From contig MCFE01000232.1 of the NCBI GenBank assembly GCA_002104905.1, positions 57,357 through 121,356 on the forward strand: a DNA stretch of 64,000 nt, read 5' to 3'. Position 1 is the stretch's first letter. Each line of letters opens with the position of its first letter. This document shows, in pieces, positions 13,651 to 26,567 of this stretch. The notes below the pieces were generated by a model. It ran no database searches. It saw only the letters and a list, made by a program, of their open reading frames with translations, and was not told where the DNA came from. Both the position numbers and the translations under genes were made by a program. This DNA is from Basidiobolus meristosporus CBS 931.73. Its lineage: Eukaryota > Fungi > Basidiobolomycota.

Positions 13651-14703
13651 ATGGATTACGTTCTATGGATAGCCGACGAGTACGCTTTCGATGTAATTTA
13701 CTCCAGCTTTAGTTACTTGGGGCTTCCTAACCTCGCCCGTGACGATATGCTTCGACAGTCTTGCAGCTTGCTGTGCATTTCAGGCTTTGGAGCTTACGCC
13801 ATTTATATGATCTTCTCGACCATTTCCTTCTACCTATTTTTCGACAAGAACCTCATGAAGCACCCACGTTTCCTTAAAAACCAAATACAGCAAGAGATAA
13901 AAATGGCCACTGACTCTATCCCGACCATGGCCCTTCTAACTGTACCGGTTTTTCTCCTGGAGGTCCGCGGTTACTCCCAGCTTTACGAGAACGTCGAAGA
14001 ACATGGGTGGCCATACCTTTTCTTAAGCGTCTTCGCCTTTCTTTTTGCGACCGACTTTGGTATTTACTGGATTCACCGCGGACTGCACCATAGAGGCATC
14101 TATGCGTATATCCACAAGGTATGGTGGTCGTCACTTGACAGAAATGTGGACACTTGACTAACTTTTTCTCAGTCTCACCACAAATGGATCGGTATGTATT
14201 TTATGCTGAGAAAACATGATGCCCCGATACTCAACATGCTCTAGTCCCTACACCGTATGCCTCTATCGCCTTTCATCCAGTCGATGGTTGGGCTCTGTCA
14301 CTCCCGTATCATATATGTGTATTTCTATTTCCCATGAACAAATCCCTCTACCTGGCGCTTTTCATTTTTGTCCAAGTCTGGTCGATTCTGATCCATGATG
14401 GTAAAGTGACTGTTAATCTTCGCAGATCTCCAACACCGTCTAATTGCATGTATAGGAAAGTACCTCACTAAAGACCCTGTAATCAACAGCGCCGCCCATC
14501 ATACTGTGCATCATTTGTACTTGAATTCCAACTATGGGCAGTATTTTACACTGTGGGACCGTCTTGGAGGATCTTATCGCAAACCTACCGAGGAGATATA
14601 CAATATAGAATCCCGGAGTCCAACCAAAAATGGCCTCTCTGGTGCGGCGGAGCACGAGGCATCTACACTGAAGAGCAAGCCAGCCCTACTTAAATCACCC
14701 TAA
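13651..14703 (+). CDS. ERG3: Sterol C-5 desaturase, copy B (4 exons)
   Basis: Exons 13651-14118, 14173-14191, 14245-14400, 14456-14703. Same intron positions and His boxes as copy A; the frame is intact. Confidence 0.92.
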
Positions 14704-15464
14704 CCCCTTTTCATCCAACCACTGCCGTCCCACGCTTAAGCAGCGCACTCGAGAATACGGATGGCCTACCCCTCTAGGGGATATTTATTCAACACAATTC
14801 TCTCTGGTTCAAATTTCGCCTAAAATTACACCGGTGGCAACAAGTTCGGGATCACAGAACACCAATAAGGGATGACTTCTACCCGACCACATGTGATATT
14901 ATTTGGCTTCCCTAACCCCAGGAGCCTATTAATAAACCCTATAGTGAATCCACCGAACCAGTGTATATTGAAGAGATCGCTGAGTAACCCAAAAATGAAT
15001 GTCTGGAATAATCAGCACAAACTCCGCAATCACACTCGCTGTGCATCTGTAGATAATTAAGGGATTCTGTTTATTAATTCATTGTGGAGTGGGTGTATTG
15101 TCCTCTACGCAAGCATTGATACTCCATGCATTAGGTCAGCTTCTAGAACAACCTCTTTGTATGGCCACCCACGATTTGACAATGTTGAACAAAAATGATC
15201 TCTAAGGTTAAAAAACTCCAGCCTATGCTCGGTCTGCGACGAAAGGAGGTCTTCTCATTACACAATATTAAATAACGGCATTACAATTCGAAATTAGGAA
15301 TATGCTTCTGATAATATTTTCTTGGAAAGATTGACCGAACGTGATTAAAAACTAAAGACAAACATCGTAGTGGCAAAAAGACTTGGAACGCATTTCAATA
15401 GGGGATACCCATTTGAGAACTTACCCATCAAGTAAAGAACAGGTCTCAGGATTCTCAACTCCAT

Positions 15465-16388
15465 TCACAACACCCCGTTCGTAGAAGCAGGCTGATGATA
15501 CAGATGGGTGGCATTATCGGTATATGCTTGGTGATACACACCGATGTTCTCTTCCTCTGTATCAGTTCTGAGCAAAGGCTTCCGCAGTGCCTGGGCTTCT
15601 TCGGCCTCCATCTTTTTGCTCTTTTCTTTAACTTCGTATTTCTGAGTATCGGGAGTTGGATAAAACTCGATGGTCTTCTCCTCTTTCGGACTCAACAATG
15701 GGGGCTCTTCCTCGGAAACCTCGATTAACTTCGTTAAGCCAAATTGGACTTTTCTATTTTCATTCGCGATGGAAGGGTTACGTAAAACTTGGGCCTCTTC
15801 CAACTCCATGCACTTGCTCTTCTCTTTAGTTTTGAGGTCAGTCGGAGCATTGTCATCCACGTTGTCCAAGCAGGTTTCAATTTTTCTATTCGATGCCCCT
15901 TTATGGGAGTTCTCAATCACGCTGGCACTGCTAAACTGAACCTTTTTGTTATCATTCCGGGGTAATGGGTTCAACAACGCTTGTGCCTCTTGTGTCTCCA
16001 TGCGTTTGTTCTTTTGTTTGACCTCCGGGTTCTGGTTATCTGCAGTTGCGTTCAACTGGATTTTTTGTTTATGTTTGGGGCTACTCGTGATCGGCACGTC
16101 GTCGGAAACTTCGACGAGGCTGCCTTCCCCAAATTGTACCTTCCGTTCTTCCCAAGTATTCTTATCACCAAGCATGTTGGCTTCTTGACTCACCATCGCC
16201 TTATCTTTTTGCCTCAACTTCTCGTCCGTTTTGGGAGTCAAGTGTAATAGGACCTCGCTTGGACTTTGATGCTGAATAGATCTTGGCTCAGCCAGTTGCG
16301 AAAACTGCACAATCTCAGTCTCACTAAACTCCACCGACTTTTTGCGGTTTTGGGGTTGGACTGGTACTTGGGATTCTTCAGCTTCCAT
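15465..16388 (-). CDS. Hydrophilic, probably disordered 307-aa protein with about five internal repeats containing KVQF-type motifs
   Basis: Long ATG-initiated ORF with the recurring unit K.K.K.ME.EEAQ.L.NP......KVQF.....EV. No known family recognised. Confidence 0.7.
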   Translation of the reverse strand: MEAEESQVPVQPQNRKKSVEFSETEIVQFSQLAEPRSIQHQSPSEVLLHLTPKTDEKLRQKDKAMVSQEANMLGDKNTWEERKVQFGEGSLVEVSDDVPITSSPKHKQKIQLNATADNQNPEVKQKNKRMETQEAQALLNPLPRNDNKKVQFSSASVIENSHKGASNRKIETCLDNVDDNAPTDLKTKEKSKCMELEEAQVLRNPSIANENRKVQFGLTKLIEVSEEEPPLLSPKEEKTIEFYPTPDTQKYEVKEKSKKMEAEEAQALRKPLLRTDTEEENIGVYHQAYTDNATHLYHQPASTNGVL

Positions 16389-19300
16389 GAGAATTTAATA
16401 CTTGGGGGAAATCGGAGCGTAAGAAAACGGGTGGGACTATCACTGTATAAGCTATGTGGTCTGGGGTTGTTGGAGGGTAGTGGGGTACCAATTTAGTACA
16501 GGCGAGAGGGATAATTGAGGAAGGGTTTCTATTTGAAGTACTCAACTTTAAATCAGTTTGTTTGGTATTTCTCAAATTGCCAATCGAAGTATGAAATCTT
16601 TTTCACGCGATAATTATACCTAATTCTGGATCATCTGAACAAAGGCGTGAGGTAGGCACAAATCAACAGATCATAGCAGAATTGAAACTTAATGTGCATT
16701 TTGGGGTGTGCTGCTGGATGAATGAACCCAACTGGTCACGGGATTTCTCCAAAAATGAATCTCCACTATGTATCACCCTCTACCAATACATACGTAAACC
16801 TTCCGAAAGGAGCCCCCTGAGATGTCTATCTTTGTTGGCTAAGCATTGAGGAGCCTGAGACATGAGGTTTCGTAGAGAAACATGGCCAATATTTTTAAGT
16901 GCTCGTGAGACATCAAAGATCACATGACCGGGATTATAAGACTCAGCTTTCCAGATATTTATATCAGCCTTCATGGAGCTACTCTTCCAGAAGAGAGTTA
17001 TTTTTGATACTAAAGCAGATCATCTGGACCAGAAAGCAGTAGAATAGACGCACAAAGCCGCACCAAAACTACTTAGGTGGTAAAACAAGTGCTTTGGTCA
17101 AGCAATATGATACGGGTTAATGCTGATAAAGCTACAAACGTAACCTGACCGCTGACTTCCATATTCGCCCTTAAGAGGGACGTATCGGCCATCGTACCCA
17201 ATAGAAGCAAATACGGCTCGACATTTGGGCTCATTTTATTGTTTGGGAATGGATCCAAGGAGATCCGCAGCTAGAGAGTTCATTTGCTAAATTGAAGTTA
17301 CTTGGCGGCATAAATATTAAGTCTAGCCAATTAGGTACTTTTCATCGACGGTACTGGTATGGTGATTGGTAGGGCCAATGGCGTATACGAGATGGTTTTT
17401 CTGAGCTTGTGATCCAGGTTTGCGATTTGAAAATGTGGAAGCGCAAAGTTGACTAATAGAGCGTCACATTTTGCTGATTTTCCCGAAACAATATCTATAG
17501 CCTCGGTGCATGAATGACACTCCGCCGCATTCAGGGCCAAGTTTCCTAACATCGGATGTCTAAAAACCGACAACGGAGGCCCTTGCATGTGATTTATGGT
17601 GTTGTCACGATGCTTTGTCTATGAGATTGGGGCGACTGATTTAGATGTATAGACTGGGCTCAGTATTACATTTCACATTCACCAAGGTCTTCATGGTCCT
17701 GTATACCTACACAAGCACACACTTCATGTGGCAAGAGATGACCTCTGAAGTGGTACAATGTGACCTCGTGGCTAGTTTGGCATTAGTTTACGGAGTACGT
17801 ATAATAAGTTGCATTGGGATTGCAATTGAGTTGGAGTATGGCATTCTAGAGTCTTTTCATAGCACAGCTCTTTATAAGATTCACATGATATAGAACGAGT
17901 AGAGTTATGGAACCTGTTGCTCATTACTTTGTAGCTTGCTGTAGTGACATCAACAATACAAATCATCAATTAGAAGTGACTTGCAGCTCCAACAAATATG
18001 ATAGAGGCCTTCTAGAAAAGATACTTTGATGTCTGTCTTCACATTTCCTTGCATTTGTTAGCAGTCAGGTTAGCATTCAAAGGATCCATTCACCTGGAAC
18101 AAATGAGAATTCGGCAATATACGTCTCAATGTAGTTGACATTGACTTTACTACAAATAAGACCAATGGGATGAACCAGACATTTCCAGCACTGCTCCAGC
18201 GTCCCACCCAATCTTTGGCTTTCATATTAAATATTAGTTGAAGTGTATTAATCAAGCCTAACATCCTCCTAAATGTTACATCTCTAAATCCCATTTTATT
18301 GGAAGCTCCTCCAATCTGCAATTCATATGTGAATCCAACTTGACTTCCCAGTTCTGATGGGACTTCCAACACAAAGTAAGTCAATATTGGGTGTTTCCAA
18401 TGTTCAGATCATAAACAGAGCTCACTGCAAAAATCACCAGAGAATATCCAACCAGCCAGTATCCTCATACCATCAGACCGTTTTACATTGTGCTATTGCT
18501 TCTCAACCCACGCCTATTGTTACCTTACACAGACTGAAGATCAAAACATATGCTAATCCATTGTGTAGAATAATTCGATGTGATTTGAACAACGAGAACA
18601 ACGATGAAACGTCACCAGAGCTATAGAACAGTCAAGCCTAAGTTGCATGCACCCCCATGATTTAGTCAGGGGAACTTCTGCTGTATCCTGCAAAAAAATG
18701 ACTACCCTCCATTTCACATTTCATTTCACCAAGATCTGCTTTGTTTATCGCTTCTTAATCAATCACCATTGCAATGGAGGGCACGTGTAACTTCAGCCAA
18801 CCCGACTACAAGTACAATTCTAATTCACCCCATTCTGTACAATCGAAATTTAGTGCATATCTTTCCCGCCCATGGAAGCAGTAAAAACATGGCGATGGCA
18901 TATCGCACTCTAGAATCTTATCGATAACTCAATCGCATTGTCATTCTTCAAGACTTCACAATCATTTCGGCTCATCACATACATTGAAAATATATACTGC
19001 ATTGCACCAATATCGGAGCATTGCATGTTCTAGACACCCCCTTATTAAGTGATTATACAGGTCACTCTAGCCCACAGCTAACCTTTGGGGTTGACAAGAA
19101 GAATCCGCTGTTTACGGATGACACAAATACCAAGTCACTACCACTGCTACTACGATGATGTATATATATTCGTGGTGGCAGGTGCACTCATGCCATTGGT
19201 AAATATCAGGGATTTGTGCCGGCCATCAAATTCGACATTTCCTCGGTGTAGCTGGTTGGTTTGCCAGAAACCCTAAAACCTCCGCTATATCATCACAAGT

Positions 19301-21790
19301 AGCTCTCGGCAATCTAGCTAAACACATAGCCCGAATATTTCGCATCTGGAAGTGCATCGCTCGCATTCTGATATATGCCCGATTGCCTGAACCTTGAGAT
19401 CTTTCAATATGTACGAATGTTCCATTTTCAATAATGTATATATTACAGCGTTCCAAGTATCATTTGCACGTTCTGTACCACACTGGTAAGTGACCGCCCT
19501 ATATGGAATGAGCCAATACATAATTCATGCCAAGGATGAATACCAAAGCGATTCGCCTCATCATTGATGGCTCCCCCTTCCCCAAGACTTCACCAACCCA
19601 TCATAAAATATTTGTAGCAGCATAGATTCCGGAAAGTGCCAAAACTGAGCCCTGTGACAAACCCTCGAGGCACTCGGGTTTCCTTATTTGCCCAAATCCA
19701 CTGATGTGAAGTCAATGAAATATGGAAATGACAGTCATTAGTGCATTTGTAGAACCATTACTAATAGCCACTGAACGACGAATTGGCCCATAACCTGTTT
19801 CTGAGAAATAACCGGTATCGGATGCAAAAGATTTCAGGCCTAATAATTGATAATCGAATGTAGATCGATTGATTTCGAATGATGAAAAGCTACTTGAAGG
19901 TGAATAGGATCTGGCAGCGAGATTCGGTACTGGTGGCTTCCAAAAGCGAAATTCCGGTGATGAACTTGGATCCTGTAAAAAGTCCCATTCAGTAGCCTTG
20001 GATCATTCTGTTGAATGGTTCCCATATCAAGACGGGGTTTGCCAGAAAGCCATCTCTGTGGCGCAGAAAGTCAAGTGGATGCATATCTTGCACAAGCTCA
20101 CACCAGAAATATCTGGCATGTTGCAAGGCCAGATGATGGTGGGCTCGCATCGTCTGGGAAGTACAACATATGAGCCAGCCCATGTGTCTGTTCCAAACAC
20201 TCACGTCAAATCGGACAGGGGGATGAAACGATGGCCCAGCCCTGTTTAGTCCAGCTTGCCAAATTGGTAGTGGTGGGATTTGATAAACTAGGCGGAAATA
20301 TAAACATTTTGCGACGTATGTATAGACAGAAAAAGCGCATATTATGATTGCTGGTAATTCTGAATCATGGGCCTCCCTTATTATTCAGAGGTGGCCTCGG
20401 ATAGCGTCCAAAATTTACCAGTGAGAGGCCAGCTCCGTCCAATCAACCCCTTGCGCAGCTTCACCCTTCACAGAGTAATGCATCTCCGATTAATCGAGAT
20501 TCTCTGGACATCATTTGATTTGGACCTGAAATCTCGAGGATGTTCCGATGATACAAGCCCTATCACCGCGTAGAAATATCCACTACAGATATATCTAGAT
20601 TTGATTTTGACTGATAAATATCAATTTCAGAGCGAGTAGTACATTCCAAACCCAATCTTGGAAATCGACGATTCATTGTCTAGAAAAGCTACTACCGGTA
20701 TAGCCATTATTGGCAATACAGATTCACTCAGTCCGCAGATATTCCATGATTGCAAGTGGTTCCTGTGCAAGCGTATTAATAAATCTATCTTCCCTAGGTG
20801 TTCGGTGCCGAAATCCTGAGTAACATCACTTCATGCCAAGAAACCAAATCTCTCGCACCGTAGGTCGAGTTGCTCACAGCGGTTGCAACCCTTAGAGTGC
20901 TGAGCGCACGTATACAACCTTGTACTCTGGTGATTCATCATATGTAGCCATACTTACCGGATTGATGGGGTTAGATTTCGTAAGCTTGAGGCTGAGATCC
21001 AATGATGATTGTTGGCCGCCACGGTGGTTCCAAAACGAACAAATATCTCCGGCGATGCCAGGTGCCGTCAACACTTGTGATGTTCACAGCTCGGGATTCT
21101 AGAACAGGTGCCATTGAGGCAACCACCGGGCTAACAGTAATCACCCGAATAATATCCATTTGTATACAGGTGATCTGTTCTAGCGATTTGGTCAGGGTCA
21201 GAGAACACCGAGTAGATTAGCTGGATTTGAACTTGATTTCTGGTCATTCAATCTGAGCAAGTATCTCGAAAAGATCGATTATGCGATTAGCTAGGGTCTA
21301 TCATGATAGATCTCAACATCGGCAGCCCCCATACTGCGAATTACGTGCGCATTTCGTGTAGATGGATATTCGTGAATATCTATAATCAGAGAATCCTCAA
21401 TTAGGAAGATTCAGCGATTGGTTCGAACAATCGATTCGCCAAGTTCATGAATACAATCTAAGAGTGCATGACTAGAATGATATATTTTTTCCCACCAACT
21501 AATTTCCTTCTATTTGAGGATCAGTACACCCCCTATTTTTGATACACCATTTTTTGGTTTTCAAACGAGTTCCTGTACATTTAGACTTTCTTCTACTTTC
21601 CCTTACATAATTACCGATATTCACTACTCCGTCCACCACTTCCTTCTCCCTTTACATCCACTAGAGTTGGTGTCAACACAATAAGTATTTTCCATAGCCT
21701 TTTGATTCCCCATTCTATCAAAAAGCCGCTTTTTCTATATTTTCCGTGTCTTCTCCATTTCAGCTGAATTTGCCATTTCCCCTGCCTGAA

Positions 21791-23192
21791 ATGTCCCATC
21801 CCTTATCTTACCCAGTTGGATTGCCCACGGAGCTTCCAACGCTATCTAATTTAGGCCTGCCTCCCATGGCAAACAAAGAAGCCAACCTATCGTTTTTCAA
21901 TACTCCAGAGCGTATTGACCAGCCGCATGACATGTATGCAAGGCCACATGAACCATACTCAACTGCTCCTGTATATCCGGCTCGTGGTCGATATGAGGAT
22001 ACTAGATATCCCCACGAGCCTGTTGGAGTTCCAGAGTACGCCGAGCCAGTGCCTAAGCGGGTCAAAACAGAGAGCTACTTCGAGGAGCCGGCCAGAAGAC
22101 CCGCTAGTCCCTATTCGATCCCTTTCAAACAACCCGAGTCTAGAGTTAGCTACGAAAATCCAGATCACCGTAGCGTAAACCCGCGACTTTCAAGATTCCG
22201 TTCAGGCTCGTATGAAAAAGATTTCGCCCCTGTATCACCCGCGGTTCCTCGACATAATTATGACAGAGGCTCGGACATGGGGGAGTTCGATCGCTATATG
22301 TATCCCGAGTCTGAAATGGGCTCACATAGAGCAAGGATTCCAAACGAGTACCCTAGTTGGGAGGCGCCTCGTAGACGCCCCTCTCACGAGGGCCATTCAT
22401 CCTTACCGAACTCATACCATGGTTACAACCGTGTTTCCGAAAATGAACGCAACCCATTATATGACCCTCGTGGATATCGTGCTTACATGGATCGTGAGCA
22501 TATGAGAAAGCCCGATTTGTATGAAGGCCCATCTTCTGCGGAATACAGAAGCCGTGGTGAAGCCCGCCCTTGTAGATCGCCACCACCACCACCACCACCA
22601 AGAAAAATGGCTATCAACCCAGGCTTCGACAAAGTCATCGAAAATTGCCGGATGCTACACCAATTCGCAACCGATTATGGCTACCAGACACACCACAGCC
22701 ATATGTCTACCCTACCTCCCGACCATTTACTTAAACAAATGACCAATTACACCTACGATATTTTACAAGTTTTGATGAGCCTGCGAGCAGAGAGTCTCCG
22801 ATCAGACCCGGAGCCCGAGGCAGAGCGAGATGATTCTGACGGGGAGCTCACCAAGCTTGAGGACGAAGATATGAAATATATCCGGGATAAGCGAAGCCTG
22901 CTTTCCAGCTCTAGGTCGAAGTACCAGAAAAGAACCAGGAATGGCTCATCCCAGCCTAGAAGATGTCATGCCTGCAACACCACGGAAACCCCAGAATGGA
23001 GACGTGGCCCCGATGGAGCTCGTACCCTATGTAACGCTTGTGGACTACGTTAGTATTCGGCATCATGAGTCCATGTATATATCCCTTTCTAACAACCATT
23101 TTCTTTTAGATTACGCGAAGCTTACTCGAAAGCGTACCTTGGCAGCAGCAGGCTCTAGTGAAGACAAGGAGGAGCCAAATAGTACCACCTGA
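21791..23192 (+). CDS. GATA zinc-finger transcription factor, NsdD/Sub-1 type
   Basis: C-X2-C-X18-C-X2-C finger [28 protein letters not shown], continued across intron 23049-23109 as HYAKLTRK. The first ATG is at 21791; an upstream exon cannot be excluded. Confidence 0.88.
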
Positions 23193-25149
23193 ACTACATA
23201 CACCGAGTCAACAACCCAAGTGTATATGCATTCATGTATATAGGGCATAGTATGCTCTTGAGCATTTCACTGAAGTAACTTCTAGTGCAACATTGTCTAT
23301 TCCAATCACGTACTGCCATTCTGTCTTGTTCATCCTATTTCGTTGGGCCTGTCACCGTATGTACAAAGCAGATAGTGAAGCAATTGTATGTATTTCTATC
23401 GTTTAAGCCTCTTTTCACCATCCAAGCCCGTATTGAGTGTTCACCATCCCCATCCCCATCCCCTCACCGTATCAACTTAGTAATTAAAACTCCAGCAGTA
23501 AAATAAGTAATAAATCCTTGCTGAACGAAGTTCAGATGTTTCACGAATGAAGCTCCAAGAAACCTGATGGTCCTATGTGAAGTAACCAACGCCTTATACG
23601 TCCGACTTGTGGTGAATTATCTTCAAATCAATTGCTATTAATGGCGGTTGATTTGGCTGAATCATCATAATGAATAATCGATTTAGAGAGCTTACAACCT
23701 GTATACTGTCTGTCTTACATCAAGTACCGGAATACAGAAAGAATTTGTACCCCAAGATAACGCCAAGAATGGATAAATGCACTCGCTCTTCGGTGCCGAA
23801 ATCCCAATCTATACTCAGCCACTTTTGTTCATTTGAGAATCAAGATCTCTTTCAATTAGACTTTTTGTGAATCTTCTACGCATCGCATAAGAGCAGCGAT
23901 ATGGTCAGTGCTCAGCAACCAGAGTCATCTTCAGGCGCACCTAGACTATGGTCAGATAGTCTGACTGAATGTGCCAGATAATCCAAAGCCGGGGTAAACC
24001 CACAGATTGACCCTTCTTCGGTGATGAGTATTTGCCAACACCATATACGCATGGATATATGAATATGAATGGGGGCTGTAGTTATTACAGCAACAAAGCA
24101 ACATGTGGTTCTGATCACAAAAATAGCATTTTCTACGCATGCTCGGGATTTGAACACGTACATTTTCATTGTATAGTAAAGCCTATTGCAAAAACCCAAG
24201 AGTTCACGATGCACATCAACCACTCTCCACTGGAGTTTGGAACCTGGGGGGGTGTGAAGCCAGGAATATTCGGTACGAGAGTCAATGGTGATTTTGCAGA
24301 GCTATTGGCAATGCAGGAAGCCATTTCTGTATTTGTAACTATGTGATTCACTATGTCTGCTGAAGTGGAGTCCTCGACCAATTGTCACCTGCGAACCAGG
24401 TAATTCTTGACATTGAATGATATGTGCTGGCAGTATAAATGTCACATTATCGTTAATATATTGGCCATAAGCTCATAAAAGCTCGAGTTGCAGAACAGTA
24501 GGAGCCAATCGAAAAATCTTTGGTGCTTGCTTGTTCCAGTGGTATACATATAGTGTAAGCTGTAGGCTTCGGCGTAGGTAACATTGACCCAAACTCCCTC
24601 GCCAATTATAGCTGATCTCAGCATGGCAGGCGTTCTAGATCCATCGTTCTGTATCAGCCTTCAAACAGTTTCGCTCTCCACCTATTCCGATTGGAATATA
24701 CAAGATCTGGTAAGCTCAAATGGGATCTGCTGGAAAAAGCACCCTACCTGACAGGTTTATGCAAGTTACGGTTCTATTACGTCAAATCAGCCATGGTTAC
24801 TGTTTCATCCAATAAATTGGTTCGGTGGTTACATCAAAACGTGTATTATTAGATAGATAATCCTGTAACATACACCAGATTGCAAACTTACAGCTGTCTT
24901 GATCATCAATGAAGATATAGCTAGTAGTTGAATACATTGATGGGAACTTTTCTAAACAGTGCACAGCGGCCAAACTCCTGTCAGTGCACAAGTGGGTAGC
25001 AAGATTATACCGGACAGTGTATGTAAGCGTTGCGAGTGGGGTGCTTTAGATGTTCCAGAGCTGGGGGAATTGGCAAAGAGACTGGTAGAAGATCTATAGC
25101 ATGGAGATTGGCTGTATATAAGCTTGACTAAGATCAGTACTATATTTAT

Positions 25150-25960
25150 TCAATACCTTGTATTCCGTGCTGCTGAGGTCCACGAAATGCATGATATCCG
25201 CTGTTTGGATGGCACAAGTTCATGTGTCTGGTCACTTCACTTTTCTGTTAGATATGACACTCTGCAGGACTCTATCAAACATCAGCTACATGAGTGTACG
25301 CACTCTTTATTGGGTTATAGACAAGATCTTGGGCAATATTGGCTTGATAGTAGAATATTGCTACAACTCCACTACTCTGCCTAAATCAAAGCTTATATTA
25401 CTACAAAATATCCAGTACCCCAATAATTGAGTATATGGTGTTTTTAATCCTGTGACTGTTTCATTGGACTGCAAGAAGTTGCACTTAATATCACTGCTGA
25501 TTAAACTTGCTGGTTATTAAGCTTGTTTTGACCAACCTTGGTGGAGCGGGGTTGTTCTTGATCTGTCTTGATGGTCATCAACCTAAAGATTGAACTTCGA
25601 GCTGAAAAATCTGCTTAGCACTCGGAGTTGATGTGAGCTTCGGTAAGAAAACATCATCCATCATGAAGAGTAAATGGTGGTTGGCCAAGACCTCAACTCT
25701 ATGGGCTTTATCCTCTCTTTGCCCTTCATGGTGTCGGGCTTACAAATCTGAGCATTGTTGGTTTCTGTTTTGCGTCGAAGAGACATGGCAGAGCGTATTT
25801 TTGTTCGGCACTGTCATAGCTTCTTTCATTGGATGAATATGTTTCACGAAGAACAAGGGAAGTATGACGTTTACCATATGCAATACAACGGATGGTAGCT
25901 GAGTGAATGCTACGTTTGATAAACAATAATAATGGAAGACTGGAAAACCTATAAAGAAGC
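25150..25960 (+). pseudogene. Decayed Mutator-like (MULE) transposase fragment
   Basis: A stop-riddled frame reads PLFALHGVGLTNLSIVGFCFASK...ALS*LLSL...MVAE*MLRLINN. This resembles the MULE DDE core (PLL.IVGVTSTN.TF.V.FAF ... IVTDRE.ALMNA), with the R codon apparently changed from CGA to TGA. Upstream is a HECTH segment resembling the zinc-binding region of these transposases. Confidence 0.5.
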
Positions 25961-25992
25961 ATTTCTTCTCTCCTTGCTGATCAGTACCGACC

Positions 25993-26295
25993 ATGCCTGA
26001 CCCAAAATTCGAACAGACCGAGGAGTATGACGAGGCCCAAGATGGAGATTTCCAGGAGATTGAGGCAAATGATGAGGATGTTCTCGAAGATGAATCAGTT
26101 GCGCCCGTTGAGATCGAAGAACTCAAAATGCTTGTGAAAGATCCAGAACTTCATTTAGCCTCTATAGGAAAAGAGGCACTTCTAAGTATGTTGAAAACAC
26201 TAGGACACGAAGACGCAACCCTGAACGCTCAGGACGTATCAATTCTTGCTCAGAAAGTTCGTGAATTGGTGGGAAGCACTGATATTAACACATGA
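25993..26295 (+). CDS. Small acidic hypothetical protein (100 aa)
   Basis: ATG ORF with a very acidic N-terminal half and an amphipathic helical C-terminal half. Convergent with the next gene. Confidence 0.5.
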   Translation: MPDPKFEQTEEYDEAQDGDFQEIEANDEDVLEDESVAPVEIEELKMLVKDPELHLASIGKEALLSMLKTLGHEDATLNAQDVSILAQKVRELVGSTDINT

Positions 26296-26567
26296 ATACT
26301 TCCAAACCTGTAGATGTAATTTTCTTAATACAACCTACCAAGTATCGTGTCAACACCGAAATATTGGAGGTTTAAATAAAGTTTGCAAACAACCATTTAG
26401 GTGAACCAGACATTTTATTGATACATCTGCGGTTCAAGTTAATACTAAGGGCTTTGCCTACTTGATCGCGAACGACTGGATTGGGGGTGTTGGTTTTAAC
26501 CCAAGTGAATACAAATTCGACATATCTAACAAGCAATGGTGGTATTTTTATTACAAGCCCAACTAAG

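Noticed and set aside
17700-18640. CpG-poor stretch with faint Tc1/mariner-like fragments on the minus strand (for example IFSGD, GGAS, PLVLF..KVNVNYIE)
   Set aside because: The fragments are in different frames and I could not assemble a DDE/DDD triad or find terminal inverted repeats. A BLASTX against transposon libraries would be needed.
16389-21790. Numerous 60-100-aa ORFs in the 5.4-kb interval upstream of the GATA factor
   Set aside because: They overlap in several frames, many start with non-ATG codons, and none has a recognisable motif. The interval is more simply read as a large regulatory region between divergent genes.
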